Shown here: positions 1 to 9,998 of the stretch, one piece after another | Layout: each line of letters begins with the position of its first letter | How positions within the stretch are numbered: position 1 is the first letter of the stretch | From: an uncultured Gammaproteobacteria bacterium | GTDB taxonomy: Bacteria; Pseudomonadota; Gammaproteobacteria; QNFE01; CAZPSE01 | Direction: 5' to 3' | Length of the DNA: 64,000 bases | Assembly (NCBI GenBank): GCA_964589575.1 | Contig: CAZPSE010000002.1 | Location: forward strand, 19,658 to 83,657 | Position numbers and translations under genes: made by a program | The notes under the pieces: generated by a model | What the model saw: only the letters and a program-made list of their open reading frames with translations | Databases searched by the model: none | Told to the model about the DNA's origin: nothing

Positions 1-173
1 TGGTCATAACCCGACAACATGTGGGTTGCACCAATCCAAATAAAGCTTAGGCTTCCGCCATCAATAATAAGATTTTTTTCAGCCTCAGACATGCCATGGC
101 CAAAAGCCAAGCTTGCAAAAAGGGTAATAAAAACGGCTAAAAGCCATCGTGATTGTTTTATCGTAAATAACAT
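1..173 (-). CDS. Partial (5' portion only, runs off window) putative HupE/UreJ-family Ni/Co transporter. The signal/TM segment is followed by G-x-T-H-M-L-S-G-Y-D-H, which resembles the HupE GLAHPLTGLDH motif.
   Basis: Translated the minus strand by hand: MLFTIKQSRWLLAVFITLFASLAFGHGMSEAEKNLIIDGGSLSFIWIGATHMLSGYDH... The call rests on remembered motif resemblance only. Confidence 0.35.
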   Translation of the reverse strand, partial: MLFTIKQSRWLLAVFITLFASLAFGHGMSEAEKNLIIDGGSLSFIWIGATHMLSGYD

Positions 174-268
174 AAATATCTCTTTAAATTTTATTTAGAC
201 GATTAAAAATAGCCTAAAGTAATGGGTTTGTGCACCAGCAAAGTAGCTGTTTACAGGTTTTAAAAAAA

Positions 269-730
269 TTAAGAGATTTGTGGCGGGGCGCGTGGATTAA
301 CTATTGATAAATCAAAATAATTCGATTTTGGATTTTTTGGTATTTTAGCCTTAACCAACAAAAATGGCTGAGACAGGGAAAGGCTTGTAGCCTTGGCAAC
401 TAAAGCGGTAGAAAAATGTTTCTGTTTTTCTTGTTTTGGAACATGGCACTCATCCGTAAATACAATTACATTTGTATAGCCTGTTTGATGCAAAACATTA
501 ACAGATTGATTGGTTAGGTTGTGAGTATGTGCTTTAGCCGAATGTTGATGATGGCTTGCATGCTCATTATATTGCTGACCCAAGTGTAGGTGAGCAGTTG
601 TCCACTGCAATGTAAGAAACGCAGTAATCAACAACAGCAAGGGAAGCCAAGTTAGCCAAGATTTAGTTATTTTTATAGCCATAATCTTTTCATTGTAACA
701 AACATTTTGCCCAGCTATACCTTTTTGCAC
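269..730 (-). CDS. Secreted/membrane-anchored histidine-rich hypothetical protein, possibly a periplasmic metal binder. The true start is probably the internal Met (MAIKITKSW..., near 682).
   Basis: ORF track. Hydrophobic N-terminus followed by a His-rich stretch (HLHLGQQYNEHASHHQHSAKAHTH). The C-terminal third is low-complexity, so the 3' extent is uncertain. Confidence 0.35.
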   Translation of the reverse strand: MQKGIAGQNVCYNEKIMAIKITKSWLTWLPLLLLITAFLTLQWTTAHLHLGQQYNEHASHHQHSAKAHTHNLTNQSVNVLHQTGYTNVIVFTDECHVPKQEKQKHFSTALVAKATSLSLSQPFLLVKAKIPKNPKSNYFDLSIVNPRAPPQIS

Positions 731-1053
731 ATAACGATTTAGCCAATAATTTGCCTAGCATTTAATTGGTATATGCCCTAAAAAAATCTAACCAAGGTAT
801 TTTGCTACAAAAGCATGCAATACGCTCATTCAATAAATTTTACCTATATATTACAAACAAAATAACGCAAGGTTTTGGCTTTGTAGCTTTCGTGCAACGG
901 CTTTTACAAATAAGTTACAAAGCGTTACAACGAAAACCCCACTTAATTGCTAAAATATACGTTAAGGGCACCTCTATTAATTATTGTTTTAGTTTATTAA
1001 TAGTAAGGGGTCGACGAAAACGGCCTGTTTTTAACCTTTTAAATTAATCAAAA

Positions 1054-2475
1054 ATGATTTCAAAAAAGTATTTTTCTAAAAATTATATATTGCTTGGTGC
1101 TTTATTTTTAAGTGCGTGTAGCAATTTGCCTAGCCATAAATCTACCCTTAATGATGACGCTAAAATTGTTTTTGCTAGTGAGGCGTTTTCTTTACAAGGT
1201 GAAAACAAAATTGCAAACGAATGGTGGCTGGCACTAAATGACCCAACCTTAAATAAAATAATTAACCAAGCGTTACAAAGCAATAACAGTTTAAAAGCAG
1301 GGCTAATAAAAATTAATCAATCTCGGCTGGCTTTACAATCGACCGAAGCCGGCCAAGCATTTACGTTAAACGGTACGGCGGGCATTAGCAATAACTCGGC
1401 AGACAAGTTTGGCATCTCTAGCAATGTAAATTCTTATTCAGTTGGTTTGTCTGCCGCTTACGAGTTAGACCTTTGGGGTAAGTTGAGCAATCAGGCCGAC
1501 AGTTCGGCTTTGGATATTAAGGCATCGTTATTAGATTATAAAACGCTGGCGATTTCTACCAGTGCCGATGTTGCGATTGCTTGGTATCGGTTGATTGAGC
1601 AAATGCAGCAATTGAATTTACTCGATCAGCAATTATTTATAACTGAAGGTTATTTACAGCTATTAGAGCAACAGTTTAGGTCGGGTCAGGCATTGGCGGC
1701 AGACGTTATACAGCAACGGCAAAGTGTTGAGTCGGTAAAGGGTGATTATTTTAATAGCAACAGGTTGTTGCAAAAATATAAAAGCCAATTGGCGTTATTG
1801 CTGGCAACACCCAGTTTTGATTTTGACCTACCTGTTAATTTAACCGTGCCTAATTTACCTGCCATGCCCGCATTGGGTTTAAAGGCCAAGGTGTTAAATA
1901 ATAGACCGGACGTACAAACCGCTTTTAATAATTTAGCCAAAGCAGATTTAGCCACCGCTATTGCTGTCGCTAGGCGTTATCCGTCTATTAATTTAACCGC
2001 CAGCTATAACCGTAATGGTTCTAGCTTAGCCAATATTTTTGACAACTGGGCATCGTCACTTGCCGCAAGTTTACTTATCCCTATTTTAGATGGCGATGCG
2101 ACAAAATTAGCGGTGACACAAAATGAATTAAGTTATCAACAAACTTTTTTGGCGTATCAAAACACTTTGTTGTTATCGGTTAAAGAAGTAGAAGACGCGT
2201 TGTTTAACGAAAAACAACAGCTTGGTTATTTGCAAAGCCTAAAAAAGCAACGTCAATATTCTGCCCAAGCGACGGAGCAAATTCGTCATAGTTATATTAA
2301 CGGTGCGTTAGATTTTCAACGTGTTTTAAATGCCGTCATAAGCGACCAAAACCTACAACGCAATTATATAAAAGCCAAAAGAGAATTAATGGAATACCGC
2401 ATTAGTTTATACCGAGCACTTTCGGGCGGCTGGGACAATACAAACCAGAAAGAGAAGTCACACCATGCAAAATAA
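1054..2475 (+). CDS. RND efflux system outer-membrane factor lipoprotein (TolC/NodT family)
   Basis: 473 aa with a lipoprotein signal and lipobox (LFLSAC). Typical OMF length. Start of the next gene overlaps its stop (ATGcaaaaTAA). Confidence 0.85.
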   Translation: MISKKYFSKNYILLGALFLSACSNLPSHKSTLNDDAKIVFASEAFSLQGENKIANEWWLALNDPTLNKIINQALQSNNSLKAGLIKINQSRLALQSTEAGQAFTLNGTAGISNNSADKFGISSNVNSYSVGLSAAYELDLWGKLSNQADSSALDIKASLLDYKTLAISTSADVAIAWYRLIEQMQQLNLLDQQLFITEGYLQLLEQQFRSGQALAADVIQQRQSVESVKGDYFNSNRLLQKYKSQLALLLATPSFDFDLPVNLTVPNLPAMPALGLKAKVLNNRPDVQTAFNNLAKADLATAIAVARRYPSINLTASYNRNGSSLANIFDNWASSLAASLLIPILDGDATKLAVTQNELSYQQTFLAYQNTLLLSVKEVEDALFNEKQQLGYLQSLKKQRQYSAQATEQIRHSYINGALDFQRVLNAVISDQNLQRNYIKAKRELMEYRISLYRALSGGWDNTNQKEKSHHAK

Positions 2476-3667
2476 ACCAAATAAACAATCTATGCTTAGC
2501 AAAATATTTATTTTTATTTTGGGCTTAGCCATTTTAGGTAGTGCTTTAGGGCTTGCACGGTATTTTATGCAAAACAAACCCACCGCAAAAAAGAAAACCC
2601 AAATTGTTAAAATTGCGCCTGTGGTTAGGGCAATTAAACTTGACGTTATTGACCACCAAATAAACATTGTTGCCATGGGTAATGTGGTTGCCGCACGTAA
2701 AATTAATTTGGTTTCTCAAGTAAAGGGTAAAATTATTGCCAGCCATCCCGACTTTTTACCGGGTGGCATTGTTTCTAAAGGCGAAACATTGGTAAAAATT
2801 AACGCTTTAGATTATGAATTAATAGCCGTTCAAAAAAACAGCGATGTAGTACGCGCAAAAAACGATTTATCTATAGAGATGGGTAAACAGTCTGTTGCCA
2901 AAAAAGAATACCGTTTATTGGGGGCAGATTTAGCGATAAAAGACCAAGAATTAATTTTAAGAAAACCGCAGTTACGCTTAACTAAGGCCAGCCTAGTTTC
3001 TGCCGAGGCGAAGTTAAAACAAGCCCAATTAGATGTGGCTAGAACCGCAATAAAAGCGCCTTTTAATGCGTTAATAGAAAGTAACAGTGTTAATACTGGC
3101 AGTTGGCAAAGTGTGGGTACCAACTTAGCCAGCCTTATTGATATTAATAATTACTGGGTTACTATTAGCCTACCAACCGACCGTTTGGCTTTTTTGCAAA
3201 TACCTGAGTTTAATTCTAAAAACGCCTCTAAAGCAGTTATTAAATACCCTTCTGCATGGGCAGAAAACACAAGAGCCGGTAAAATTAAACGTTTACAGCC
3301 TAATATAGATAGCAAAATTAGAATGGCTAAATTAACGGTAGAAGTAAACGACCCATTGTCGTTAAAAGCGTCCAATAAAAACAAACCTAAATTGTTGCTT
3401 GGTTCTTTTGTAGAGTTGCATTTAGCCGCAAAAAAATTAAACCATGTTGTACAAATCCCCCGCAGAGCTGTGCGTGATGGTAATAAAATTTGGCTAATAG
3501 ACAACAATAAGCTAAACATTGTGCCTATTAAACCGGTATGGAAAAACAAAAACTTTGTTTTTATTGACGCTAAAAGCCTCGATATTAATAAAAAACTAAT
3601 AATAAGTGACCTATCTTCGCCCATTGAAGCTATGAAACTTAAATTACAAAGTGAAACCAATGAGTAA
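2465..3667 (+). CDS. RND efflux membrane-fusion (periplasmic adaptor) protein, HlyD/AcrA family
   Basis: 400 aa with an N-terminal TM anchor and coiled-coil/beta-barrel adaptor-like composition. Translationally coupled to the flanking OMF and RND genes. Confidence 0.85.
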   Translation: MQNKPNKQSMLSKIFIFILGLAILGSALGLARYFMQNKPTAKKKTQIVKIAPVVRAIKLDVIDHQINIVAMGNVVAARKINLVSQVKGKIIASHPDFLPGGIVSKGETLVKINALDYELIAVQKNSDVVRAKNDLSIEMGKQSVAKKEYRLLGADLAIKDQELILRKPQLRLTKASLVSAEAKLKQAQLDVARTAIKAPFNALIESNSVNTGSWQSVGTNLASLIDINNYWVTISLPTDRLAFLQIPEFNSKNASKAVIKYPSAWAENTRAGKIKRLQPNIDSKIRMAKLTVEVNDPLSLKASNKNKPKLLLGSFVELHLAAKKLNHVVQIPRRAVRDGNKIWLIDNNKLNIVPIKPVWKNKNFVFIDAKSLDINKKLIISDLSSPIEAMKLKLQSETNE

Positions 3668-6600
3668 TTTAAAATCAGGCCCAATCGCATGGATGGCATC
3701 GCACCATGTGGCAGCCAATTTACTAATGGTTATTTGTTTGCTGGGCGGGTATATCTTTATGAAAGATATGAAACAGGAAGTGTTTCCCGAGTTTTCTGTC
3801 GATGTGGTTCAAATTCAAGTTGCCTACCCCGGTGCCAGCCCCCAAGAAATTGAAACAGGCATTATTTTAGCCATAGAAGAGGCGGTATCGGGCTTAGAAG
3901 GTATTGATTTTATGCGCTCGCGCGCGTCAGAAGGTGCAGCCTTTGTAAATTTAAATGCGCTAACCGATATTGACATAAATAAATTTGCACAAGACATACA
4001 AAAAGAGGTGGATAGAATTATCACCTTCCCTAATGGGGCAGAAACGCCCTCTATTACCATACTATCTACAAAACGGCGTGTCGTTTCTGTCGCCATGTAT
4101 GGCAATACTAGCACCGCTAATTTGCATCATTTAGCAGAAAATTTGCGCGAAACTTTTTTGGCAAATGAGCACATTACGCAAGTAGAAATTACCGGTGTGC
4201 CACCGCTAGAAATTTCTATAGAAGTGTCGCAAAAAGAACTGCGCCGTTACAACATAAGCTTAAACGATATTGCAGAAAAGCTGCGCGCTACCAGTATAGA
4301 CCTGCCTAGCGGAAGCATTAAAACATCTGGCGGTGAAATTTTAATACGCATGACCGAACGCCGAGAATTTGGAAAAGAATTTGGGCAAATTACCGTACTG
4401 TCTGATACCGACGGAAGCGAAGTAAAACTGGCCGATATTGCCACCATTAAAGATGCTTACGAAGACAATGATTACCACGCACTTTACAATAATAAAGCCG
4501 CCGTAATGTTAGACGTGTTTCGTATTGGTGACGAAACACCTACGCAAATTTCTAAAGTAGTGCATACAATTTTAGCAGCACATGAGGCAACATTACCCGA
4601 AGAAATTAAAATCAGTATTTTAAGTGACCGCTCTAAAATATTTGAACAACGCTTAGACTTATTATTAAAAAACAGTGCTTTAGGTTTAATTTTAGTATTA
4701 ATTTTTCTTGCCTTATTTTTAAACTTAAAGCTGGCCTTTTGGGTAATGATGGGTATTCCTATTTCTTTCCTTGGTTCTTTTTTAATACTGCCGCATTTAG
4801 GCGTGTCGATAAATATGATTTCGATGTTTGCGTTTATTATTGCCTTAGGCATTGTAGTAGACGATGCCATTGTGATTGGTGAAAACATTTACCACCATCG
4901 GCAACAAGGTATGAGCCCCGTAGACGCTGCAATTACAGGTGCTAAAGAAATGGCAACACCCGTTACTTTTAGCATATTAACCAATATTGTAACTTTTTTA
5001 CCTTTGGCATTTATCCCAGGGTTTATGGGCAATATATTTATTGTTATACCGGTTGTGGTTATTTCTGTATTTTTAATATCGCTATTAGAAAGTTTATTTA
5101 TACTGCCTGGGCATTTAAACAGCGCTAAAGAAAAAGACAAAACAAAAGCCGGCCATTGGTTTCATCAAAAACAACAAAAATTTAGCAAAGGTTTTGTAAG
5201 GTCTATAGATACTTACTTTATGCCAGCACTGGCTGTGGTATTAAAGTTTCGCTATCTATCTTTTATTGTTGCCATTGCCATTTTAGTTATAACACTAAGT
5301 TACGCGTTAAGTGGTCGCATGGGTTTAACCCTATTCCCAAAGGTAGAGTCGGACTTTTCTCGTGCGACTATTTTATTGCCTTACGGAACGCACATTAACA
5401 ATACCGAATCTATTGTTCGTTACGCCTACGACAAAGCTAAAGAGGCTGCGGGCGAACGTCATAACGAACTAATAAAAGGTATATTTGCCAGTGTTGGTAA
5501 AGGCGGCACACAAAATGCGACCGTTTATGTATATTTGGCCGAACCCGAAGTACGCGAACAAATCATGTCTACCGATGAATTTACCAACCGATGGCGTAAG
5601 GCAATTGGTAACGTAGCTGGGGTAGAATCCATTTTGTTTGAAGCCGATGCGGGCGGCCCTGGGTCGGGCAAAGCACTCACCATAGAATTAAACCATCGAG
5701 ACCTTAGCGTGTTAGAAAAAGCCAGTGCAGAATTGGCCGATGCGTTGCGTTTATACCCAAAAGTGAAAGACGTATATGACGGTTTTAGCCCGGGCAAACA
5801 ACAGCTCGACTTTACCATTAATGCGCTGGGTAAAAGCTTGGGCTTAACACCGCAAAGCATTGCCAGCCAAGTGCGTAATGCCTACCAAGGGTTAGAAGTA
5901 TTAAGGCAATTGCGTGGTCGAAACGAGCTAAAAGTTAAAGTGCGTTTACCCAAGTCTGAACGGGTTTCTGAATACAGTTTAGACGAATTAATTATACAAA
6001 CGCCACAAGGTAACGAAGTACCATTAAGAGATGTGGTGATTATAGAACGTGGACGCGCCTTTACAGAAATTAACCGCAGAGATGGACGGCGCGTGGTAGA
6101 AGTTAGCGCAGAACATTCACCACGTAGCGAAGCGTCGGCTGTGATTACCGATTTACAAATAGCAACCTTGCCCAACTTGTTAAAAAAATACCCTGGGTTG
6201 CAATATTCTTTAGAAGGCTCTCGTGCAGAAATGCGTAAAAGTTTGGGCAGTTTAATACCCATGTTTGGCATAGCCATGGTGGCAATTTACATGTTGTTAG
6301 CCATACCGTTTAGAAGTTACAGCCAACCGCTTATTATCCTTATTAGTATCCCGTTTGGTATTATTGGCGCAATATGGGGGCACCTAATAATGGGCTACAG
6401 CCTAAGCATAGTAAGTATGTTGGGCGTGGTTGCGTTGTCGGGCATTGTAGTTAATGATTCTTTAATATTAATTAATTATGCCAACCAGTTAAGAATTAAA
6501 ACCACAGCCAGCGCCTTAGAGGTTATTTCATTAGCAGCCAAACAACGCTTTAGGCCTATTTTAATTACCACCCTTACAACCTTTGGTGGTTTGTTCCCAA

Positions 6601-6776
6601 TGATTTTAGAAACATCACGTCAGGCTAAGTTTTTAATACCAATGGCATTGTCTATAGGTTTTGGTTTGTTATTTGCCACGGTGATTATTTTATTTATCGT
6701 GCCGGCACTGTATGTAATATTTGATGACATCCGAAAGTTTTTTGGCTCACTGTTTAATAGTGAAAAAAGGGCCTAA
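3651..6776 (+). CDS. RND efflux transporter permease (AcrB/HAE1-like). The TM4 motif is GIVVDDAIVIGEN.
   Basis: 1041 aa with a 12-TM architecture and two large periplasmic loops. The DD pair in TM4 is typical of HAE1 pumps rather than CzcA-type (DFGxxVDGA) pumps. Confidence 0.9.
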   Translation: MKPMSNLKSGPIAWMASHHVAANLLMVICLLGGYIFMKDMKQEVFPEFSVDVVQIQVAYPGASPQEIETGIILAIEEAVSGLEGIDFMRSRASEGAAFVNLNALTDIDINKFAQDIQKEVDRIITFPNGAETPSITILSTKRRVVSVAMYGNTSTANLHHLAENLRETFLANEHITQVEITGVPPLEISIEVSQKELRRYNISLNDIAEKLRATSIDLPSGSIKTSGGEILIRMTERREFGKEFGQITVLSDTDGSEVKLADIATIKDAYEDNDYHALYNNKAAVMLDVFRIGDETPTQISKVVHTILAAHEATLPEEIKISILSDRSKIFEQRLDLLLKNSALGLILVLIFLALFLNLKLAFWVMMGIPISFLGSFLILPHLGVSINMISMFAFIIALGIVVDDAIVIGENIYHHRQQGMSPVDAAITGAKEMATPVTFSILTNIVTFLPLAFIPGFMGNIFIVIPVVVISVFLISLLESLFILPGHLNSAKEKDKTKAGHWFHQKQQKFSKGFVRSIDTYFMPALAVVLKFRYLSFIVAIAILVITLSYALSGRMGLTLFPKVESDFSRATILLPYGTHINNTESIVRYAYDKAKEAAGERHNELIKGIFASVGKGGTQNATVYVYLAEPEVREQIMSTDEFTNRWRKAIGNVAGVESILFEADAGGPGSGKALTIELNHRDLSVLEKASAELADALRLYPKVKDVYDGFSPGKQQLDFTINALGKSLGLTPQSIASQVRNAYQGLEVLRQLRGRNELKVKVRLPKSERVSEYSLDELIIQTPQGNEVPLRDVVIIERGRAFTEINRRDGRRVVEVSAEHSPRSEASAVITDLQIATLPNLLKKYPGLQYSLEGSRAEMRKSLGSLIPMFGIAMVAIYMLLAIPFRSYSQPLIILISIPFGIIGAIWGHLIMGYSLSIVSMLGVVALSGIVVNDSLILINYANQLRIKTTASALEVISLAAKQRFRPILITTLTTFGGLFPMILETSRQAKFLIPMALSIGFGLLFATVIILFIVPALYVIFDDIRKFFGSLFNSEKRA

Positions 6777-6784
6777 ATCGTCGA

Positions 6785-6806
6785 CCCCTTGCTTATTTGC
6801 AAGGGG
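6785..6806. terminator. Hairpin CCCCTTGC-ttattt-GCAAGGGG between the convergent RND and GGDEF genes. It is built from the recurrent GTCGACCCCTTGC motif and has no clean U-tract.
   Basis: Seen in sequence. Confidence 0.4.
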
Positions 6807-6821
6807 CAGTAAAAGCTGATA

Positions 6822-8507
6822 TTAATCACCAAACGTCGGGTTTAACTTATCTTCATGAAATAAATGCACTTGGTTTCTACCTGACTTTTTAGAAATATAA
6901 CACGACGAATCAGCACGGGACAAAACATCTTCGCTAGTACCACAGCCAGAATATATAGAGGTAACGCCCGCACTTATGCCAATACTAATAGTTGAACCGT
7001 CCCATTCAAAATCAATATTTTCAATGGCGATACGCATTTTTTCCATAATTAGCATGGCGTTTTCGGTGGAGCAATTCATTAATAATACGCTAAATTCATC
7101 GCCGCCTAATCGCGTTAAATAGTCCCCTTTTCGTAGTAATTTTTTAAATTCAAAAGCCACCTTTTTTAATAGTTCGTCCCCTGCTAAATGGCCATTATTA
7201 TCATTAACACTTTTAAAATTATCTAAGTCGATAAAACATAGGGCATGGCTGGTATCAAACGTATCGGCATCAATAACAGAAAGCCCTAATAACCGTTCAA
7301 ATTCTCTTCGGTTTAGCAAGCCTGTTAATGCATCATGACTGGCTAAATAAGATAATTTTTTAGCATGTTTCCAAGAATCCGTTATGTCCCTAATAATAAA
7401 AGAGTAGCCAATTTTTTTATTATCAGAGTTGGTTAATACATTGCACAATAATTCGAGATAATATTCTTTTTCTGATGGTGTGTTAAATTTTGCTTCTAAT
7501 TTGAAACTACCCAAAGGGCTATTATCAACCAAACCCATAATGGGAGAGAGTAATTCATCCGTTTCTATACTTTTTAATGAAAGCACGGTCTCTATTTTTT
7601 TAGCCAATAATTGATGCTGGCGTTGTTCAAACATCAATTGAGCCGATGCATTACTGTAAGTAATAATACCACTCAGGTCGGTCGATATTACCGCATCTGT
7701 AATGGTGTTTAAAATTACTGATACACGTTGTTGTGCTTCAAATAATAAATCGGATGTTTTTTTATGCCTAAGTGTTTCCGTTGTAAGCTCTTGCGTTCTT
7801 TGTTCTACTTTTAACCCTAACTGGCTGTGAGAATCGATTAATTTTTTGGCAATAACAATGCGCGAGTTTTGCATTGTGTTGTAAGCATCTATAACCAGGC
7901 TAAGTTCGTTATTGGCGTTATTGCTAATATCATTATGAACAGAGGTTTCATCATAATAATTAATCGCCTTAGTTAATTGGTTTAGTGGTTTACCAATAGC
8001 CACTTTGTAGGCTCTTTTTGTACCCACTAAAACAATTAAAATTAAAGCAAAAAGCAATAACAACTCGTAATAAACTCTTCTTTTTAAAGTAGCAAATATA
8101 TTATCTTCGGTAACAATCAGCGTGAAAAAACCAAGCAGTTTATAACCAGACTCGTCAGCAGCGTTGATACGCCTAGTAATTGTTAAGTACTTTTTTTCGG
8201 GGTATACATTGCCGTAAACTTCTAAAACGTTCTTTTCACTATCGGTGATTTTTAACCCTGCAATATCGGGGTCAGAAATTAAAGAAACACTAAAAAGCCC
8301 TAACGCATTGTTGTCTTTTTTAATAATAGAGTCGGCTAAAATTAAAGAATACACAGAAGAAAGGTTAGCAAGCTTGGCTTGCAGCTTTTTTTGAGAAGCT
8401 TGAAAATTACTCCACTCGAAAACACCAATTAATACAATAAAAACACTAATACACAAGGGCAATAAGGTTTTTAAAAAATGCTTATATACGCTCCCTTTTA
8501 TTTTCAT
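6822..8507 (-). CDS. Membrane-bound diguanylate cyclase with 2 TM segments around a periplasmic sensor domain, a PAS domain and a GGDEF domain (RLGGDEFSVLL)
   Basis: ORF track. Intact GGDEF motif and C-terminal GRNQV signature. Confidence 0.85.
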   Translation of the reverse strand: MKIKGSVYKHFLKTLLPLCISVFIVLIGVFEWSNFQASQKKLQAKLANLSSVYSLILADSIIKKDNNALGLFSVSLISDPDIAGLKITDSEKNVLEVYGNVYPEKKYLTITRRINAADESGYKLLGFFTLIVTEDNIFATLKRRVYYELLLLFALILIVLVGTKRAYKVAIGKPLNQLTKAINYYDETSVHNDISNNANNELSLVIDAYNTMQNSRIVIAKKLIDSHSQLGLKVEQRTQELTTETLRHKKTSDLLFEAQQRVSVILNTITDAVISTDLSGIITYSNASAQLMFEQRQHQLLAKKIETVLSLKSIETDELLSPIMGLVDNSPLGSFKLEAKFNTPSEKEYYLELLCNVLTNSDNKKIGYSFIIRDITDSWKHAKKLSYLASHDALTGLLNRREFERLLGLSVIDADTFDTSHALCFIDLDNFKSVNDNNGHLAGDELLKKVAFEFKKLLRKGDYLTRLGGDEFSVLLMNCSTENAMLIMEKMRIAIENIDFEWDGSTISIGISAGVTSIYSGCGTSEDVLSRADSSCYISKKSGRNQVHLFHEDKLNPTFGD

Positions 8508-8514
8508 TGTTTAG

Positions 8515-8970
8515 CTAATCTAACAATTTAGGAGCAATATCAACAATAGAAGGCCAAACCCGGTTTGCTATTGCAATATTTTTTTGGGTTTCTTGTTGCC
8601 ACATTTTATGTGTTGCGCGGTTAAGCAGTAAATACAATTTATTGTCAATGACAGAGTAAGCGCTCGGATCAATTTCAAGCTTTTTACCAAATCTTGCGCC
8701 GTAAGAACAGTATCCACCGTATTGAGGCATATAGGCGCTGGGGTTCTTACTAAATAGGTTTAGGTTTTTTTTACTGCTAAAAAGATACGTAGCAGACTGC
8801 ACTTTATAACGTAACGAAGAACGGCCTTTTTTAGGGTTGTTGTCAAAATAAGAAACAGGGTCAAACCCAAGAAGAGCAATGCCTTTTTTATCTGTATTGA
8901 GTTCAAACTGAGCAAAAGCCGAAAAAGGAATAAATAAAATAAACAGTAATAATAAACTTTTCATGGGCAT
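8515..8970 (-). CDS. Secreted YHS-domain protein (DPVSY...YGGYCSYG)
   Basis: Signal peptide plus YHS-like motifs. Lies 8 bp upstream of the GGDEF gene on the same strand. Confidence 0.55.
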   Translation of the reverse strand: MPMKSLLLLFILFIPFSAFAQFELNTDKKGIALLGFDPVSYFDNNPKKGRSSLRYKVQSATYLFSSKKNLNLFSKNPSAYMPQYGGYCSYGARFGKKLEIDPSAYSVIDNKLYLLLNRATHKMWQQETQKNIAIANRVWPSIVDIAPKLLD

Positions 8971-9018
8971 TTTTCGTTACAAACTAGCACTTTAGTATAG
9001 TAAGTATTAAACCTGCTG

Positions 9019-9732
9019 TCAGTTTATTTTTTTGTAAAAAGATTTTGCTAACATTAAAAAACAAGCAGACGAAATACCAGCAGAACCAAAAATCATACAC
9101 ATCACCATAATTTGATACCGCGCGGCAACATGTGGCTCTACGCCCGATAATATTTGCCCTGTCATCATACCCGGTAGCGACACTAAACCAACAGCAAGAA
9201 ATGAATTAGTAATGGGAATCATCGACGCTTTAAAGGCAATATTTCGTGCATCAATGTAGTTTACGCCACGGTCTTTTTCTGCAAAAAAACGCTCTGCGGC
9301 TAGGCTAACATTATTCATCGCATTGGAAAATATCATCCCCGCTAACGGCACCATGTATTGTGGCAAATACCACGGCTGTAAATGTAAAACACCTTGGCTT
9401 ATAACCAATAAAGTTACGCCACCTGCAATTAAAATAGACACAAAAGCGTATTTATACAACTGTAAACGGTTATGTTTTACTGCGCCTATCGCAATCCAAC
9501 TGGACGCTATAACCATAACAATTAAAATAAATAATATTAAAGGCGCACTGTTCGACTCAAAAATAAAAGCTAAAACGTAGCCAATTAATAACAGTTGTAC
9601 TAACATTCTGCTTATTGCTATCAAAGCGTCTTTAGTGTTTAAAGACCACTTAAATATAATAACTAAAACCAGTAAAACAGGAATGAAAGCGATACTTAAT
9701 TGATAGTATGAAAGATTATTGAGGCTTTCCAT
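9019..9732 (-). CDS. UPF0014/YbbM-FetB family ABC-type permease (iron-export-permease-like)
   Basis: Shares conserved blocks VGLVSLPGMMTGQI and YQIMVM with E. coli FetB. No FetA ATPase gene is adjacent. Confidence 0.6.
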   Translation of the reverse strand: MESLNNLSYYQLSIAFIPVLLVLVIIFKWSLNTKDALIAISRMLVQLLLIGYVLAFIFESNSAPLILFILIVMVIASSWIAIGAVKHNRLQLYKYAFVSILIAGGVTLLVISQGVLHLQPWYLPQYMVPLAGMIFSNAMNNVSLAAERFFAEKDRGVNYIDARNIAFKASMIPITNSFLAVGLVSLPGMMTGQILSGVEPHVAARYQIMVMCMIFGSAGISSACFLMLAKSFYKKIN

Positions 9733-9740
9733 TGCGTATT

Positions 9741-9998
9741 TTAACGCGAGCTTTGCGTGGCTTTTTCTAAACTATAAAACGTATCAGATATGTCTTCGAC
9801 CTTGCTTTCAATAACCGTTAGTGCGTCGGCTAAGGCTTGATTGTAAAAATAACCGCCTATTTCTTCGGTGAAAAATTGCAGTAAAAATTCAGCATCAAAT
9901 TGCCCAATGTTTTGATCCAACTCGTCATTAAAATACAGTTGAATTTTTTTAACTATGGCCTCTTTATCGTCTTTAGCTATTTTTATATCCGTCATCAC
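9741..9998 (-). CDS. DUF2164-family small protein
   Basis: 85 aa, acidic; resembles the DUF2164 family from memory. Confidence 0.45.
   Translation of the reverse strand: MMTDIKIAKDDKEAIVKKIQLYFNDELDQNIGQFDAEFLLQFFTEEIGGYFYNQALADALTVIESKVEDISDTFYSLEKATQSSR

Noticed and set aside
766-1047. 93-aa ORF in the intergenic region upstream of the OMF gene
   Set aside because: No recognisable motif, odd composition, and it lies in the likely promoter region of the RND operon. Probably a spurious six-frame ORF.
4889-6277. Multiple minus-strand ORFs of 80-130 aa inside the RND, DsbD, GroEL, PitA and other large genes
   Set aside because: These are antisense ORFs fully contained in strongly supported CDSs on the other strand, with no motifs of their own.
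3651-6776. Calling the RND pump CzcA/CusA (heavy-metal efflux) because of the OMF-MFP-RND gene order and His-rich neighbours
   Set aside because: The TM4 motif is VVDDAIV (HAE1-type Asp-Asp), not the HME DFG...VDGA pattern. Kept only as a flagged ambiguity.
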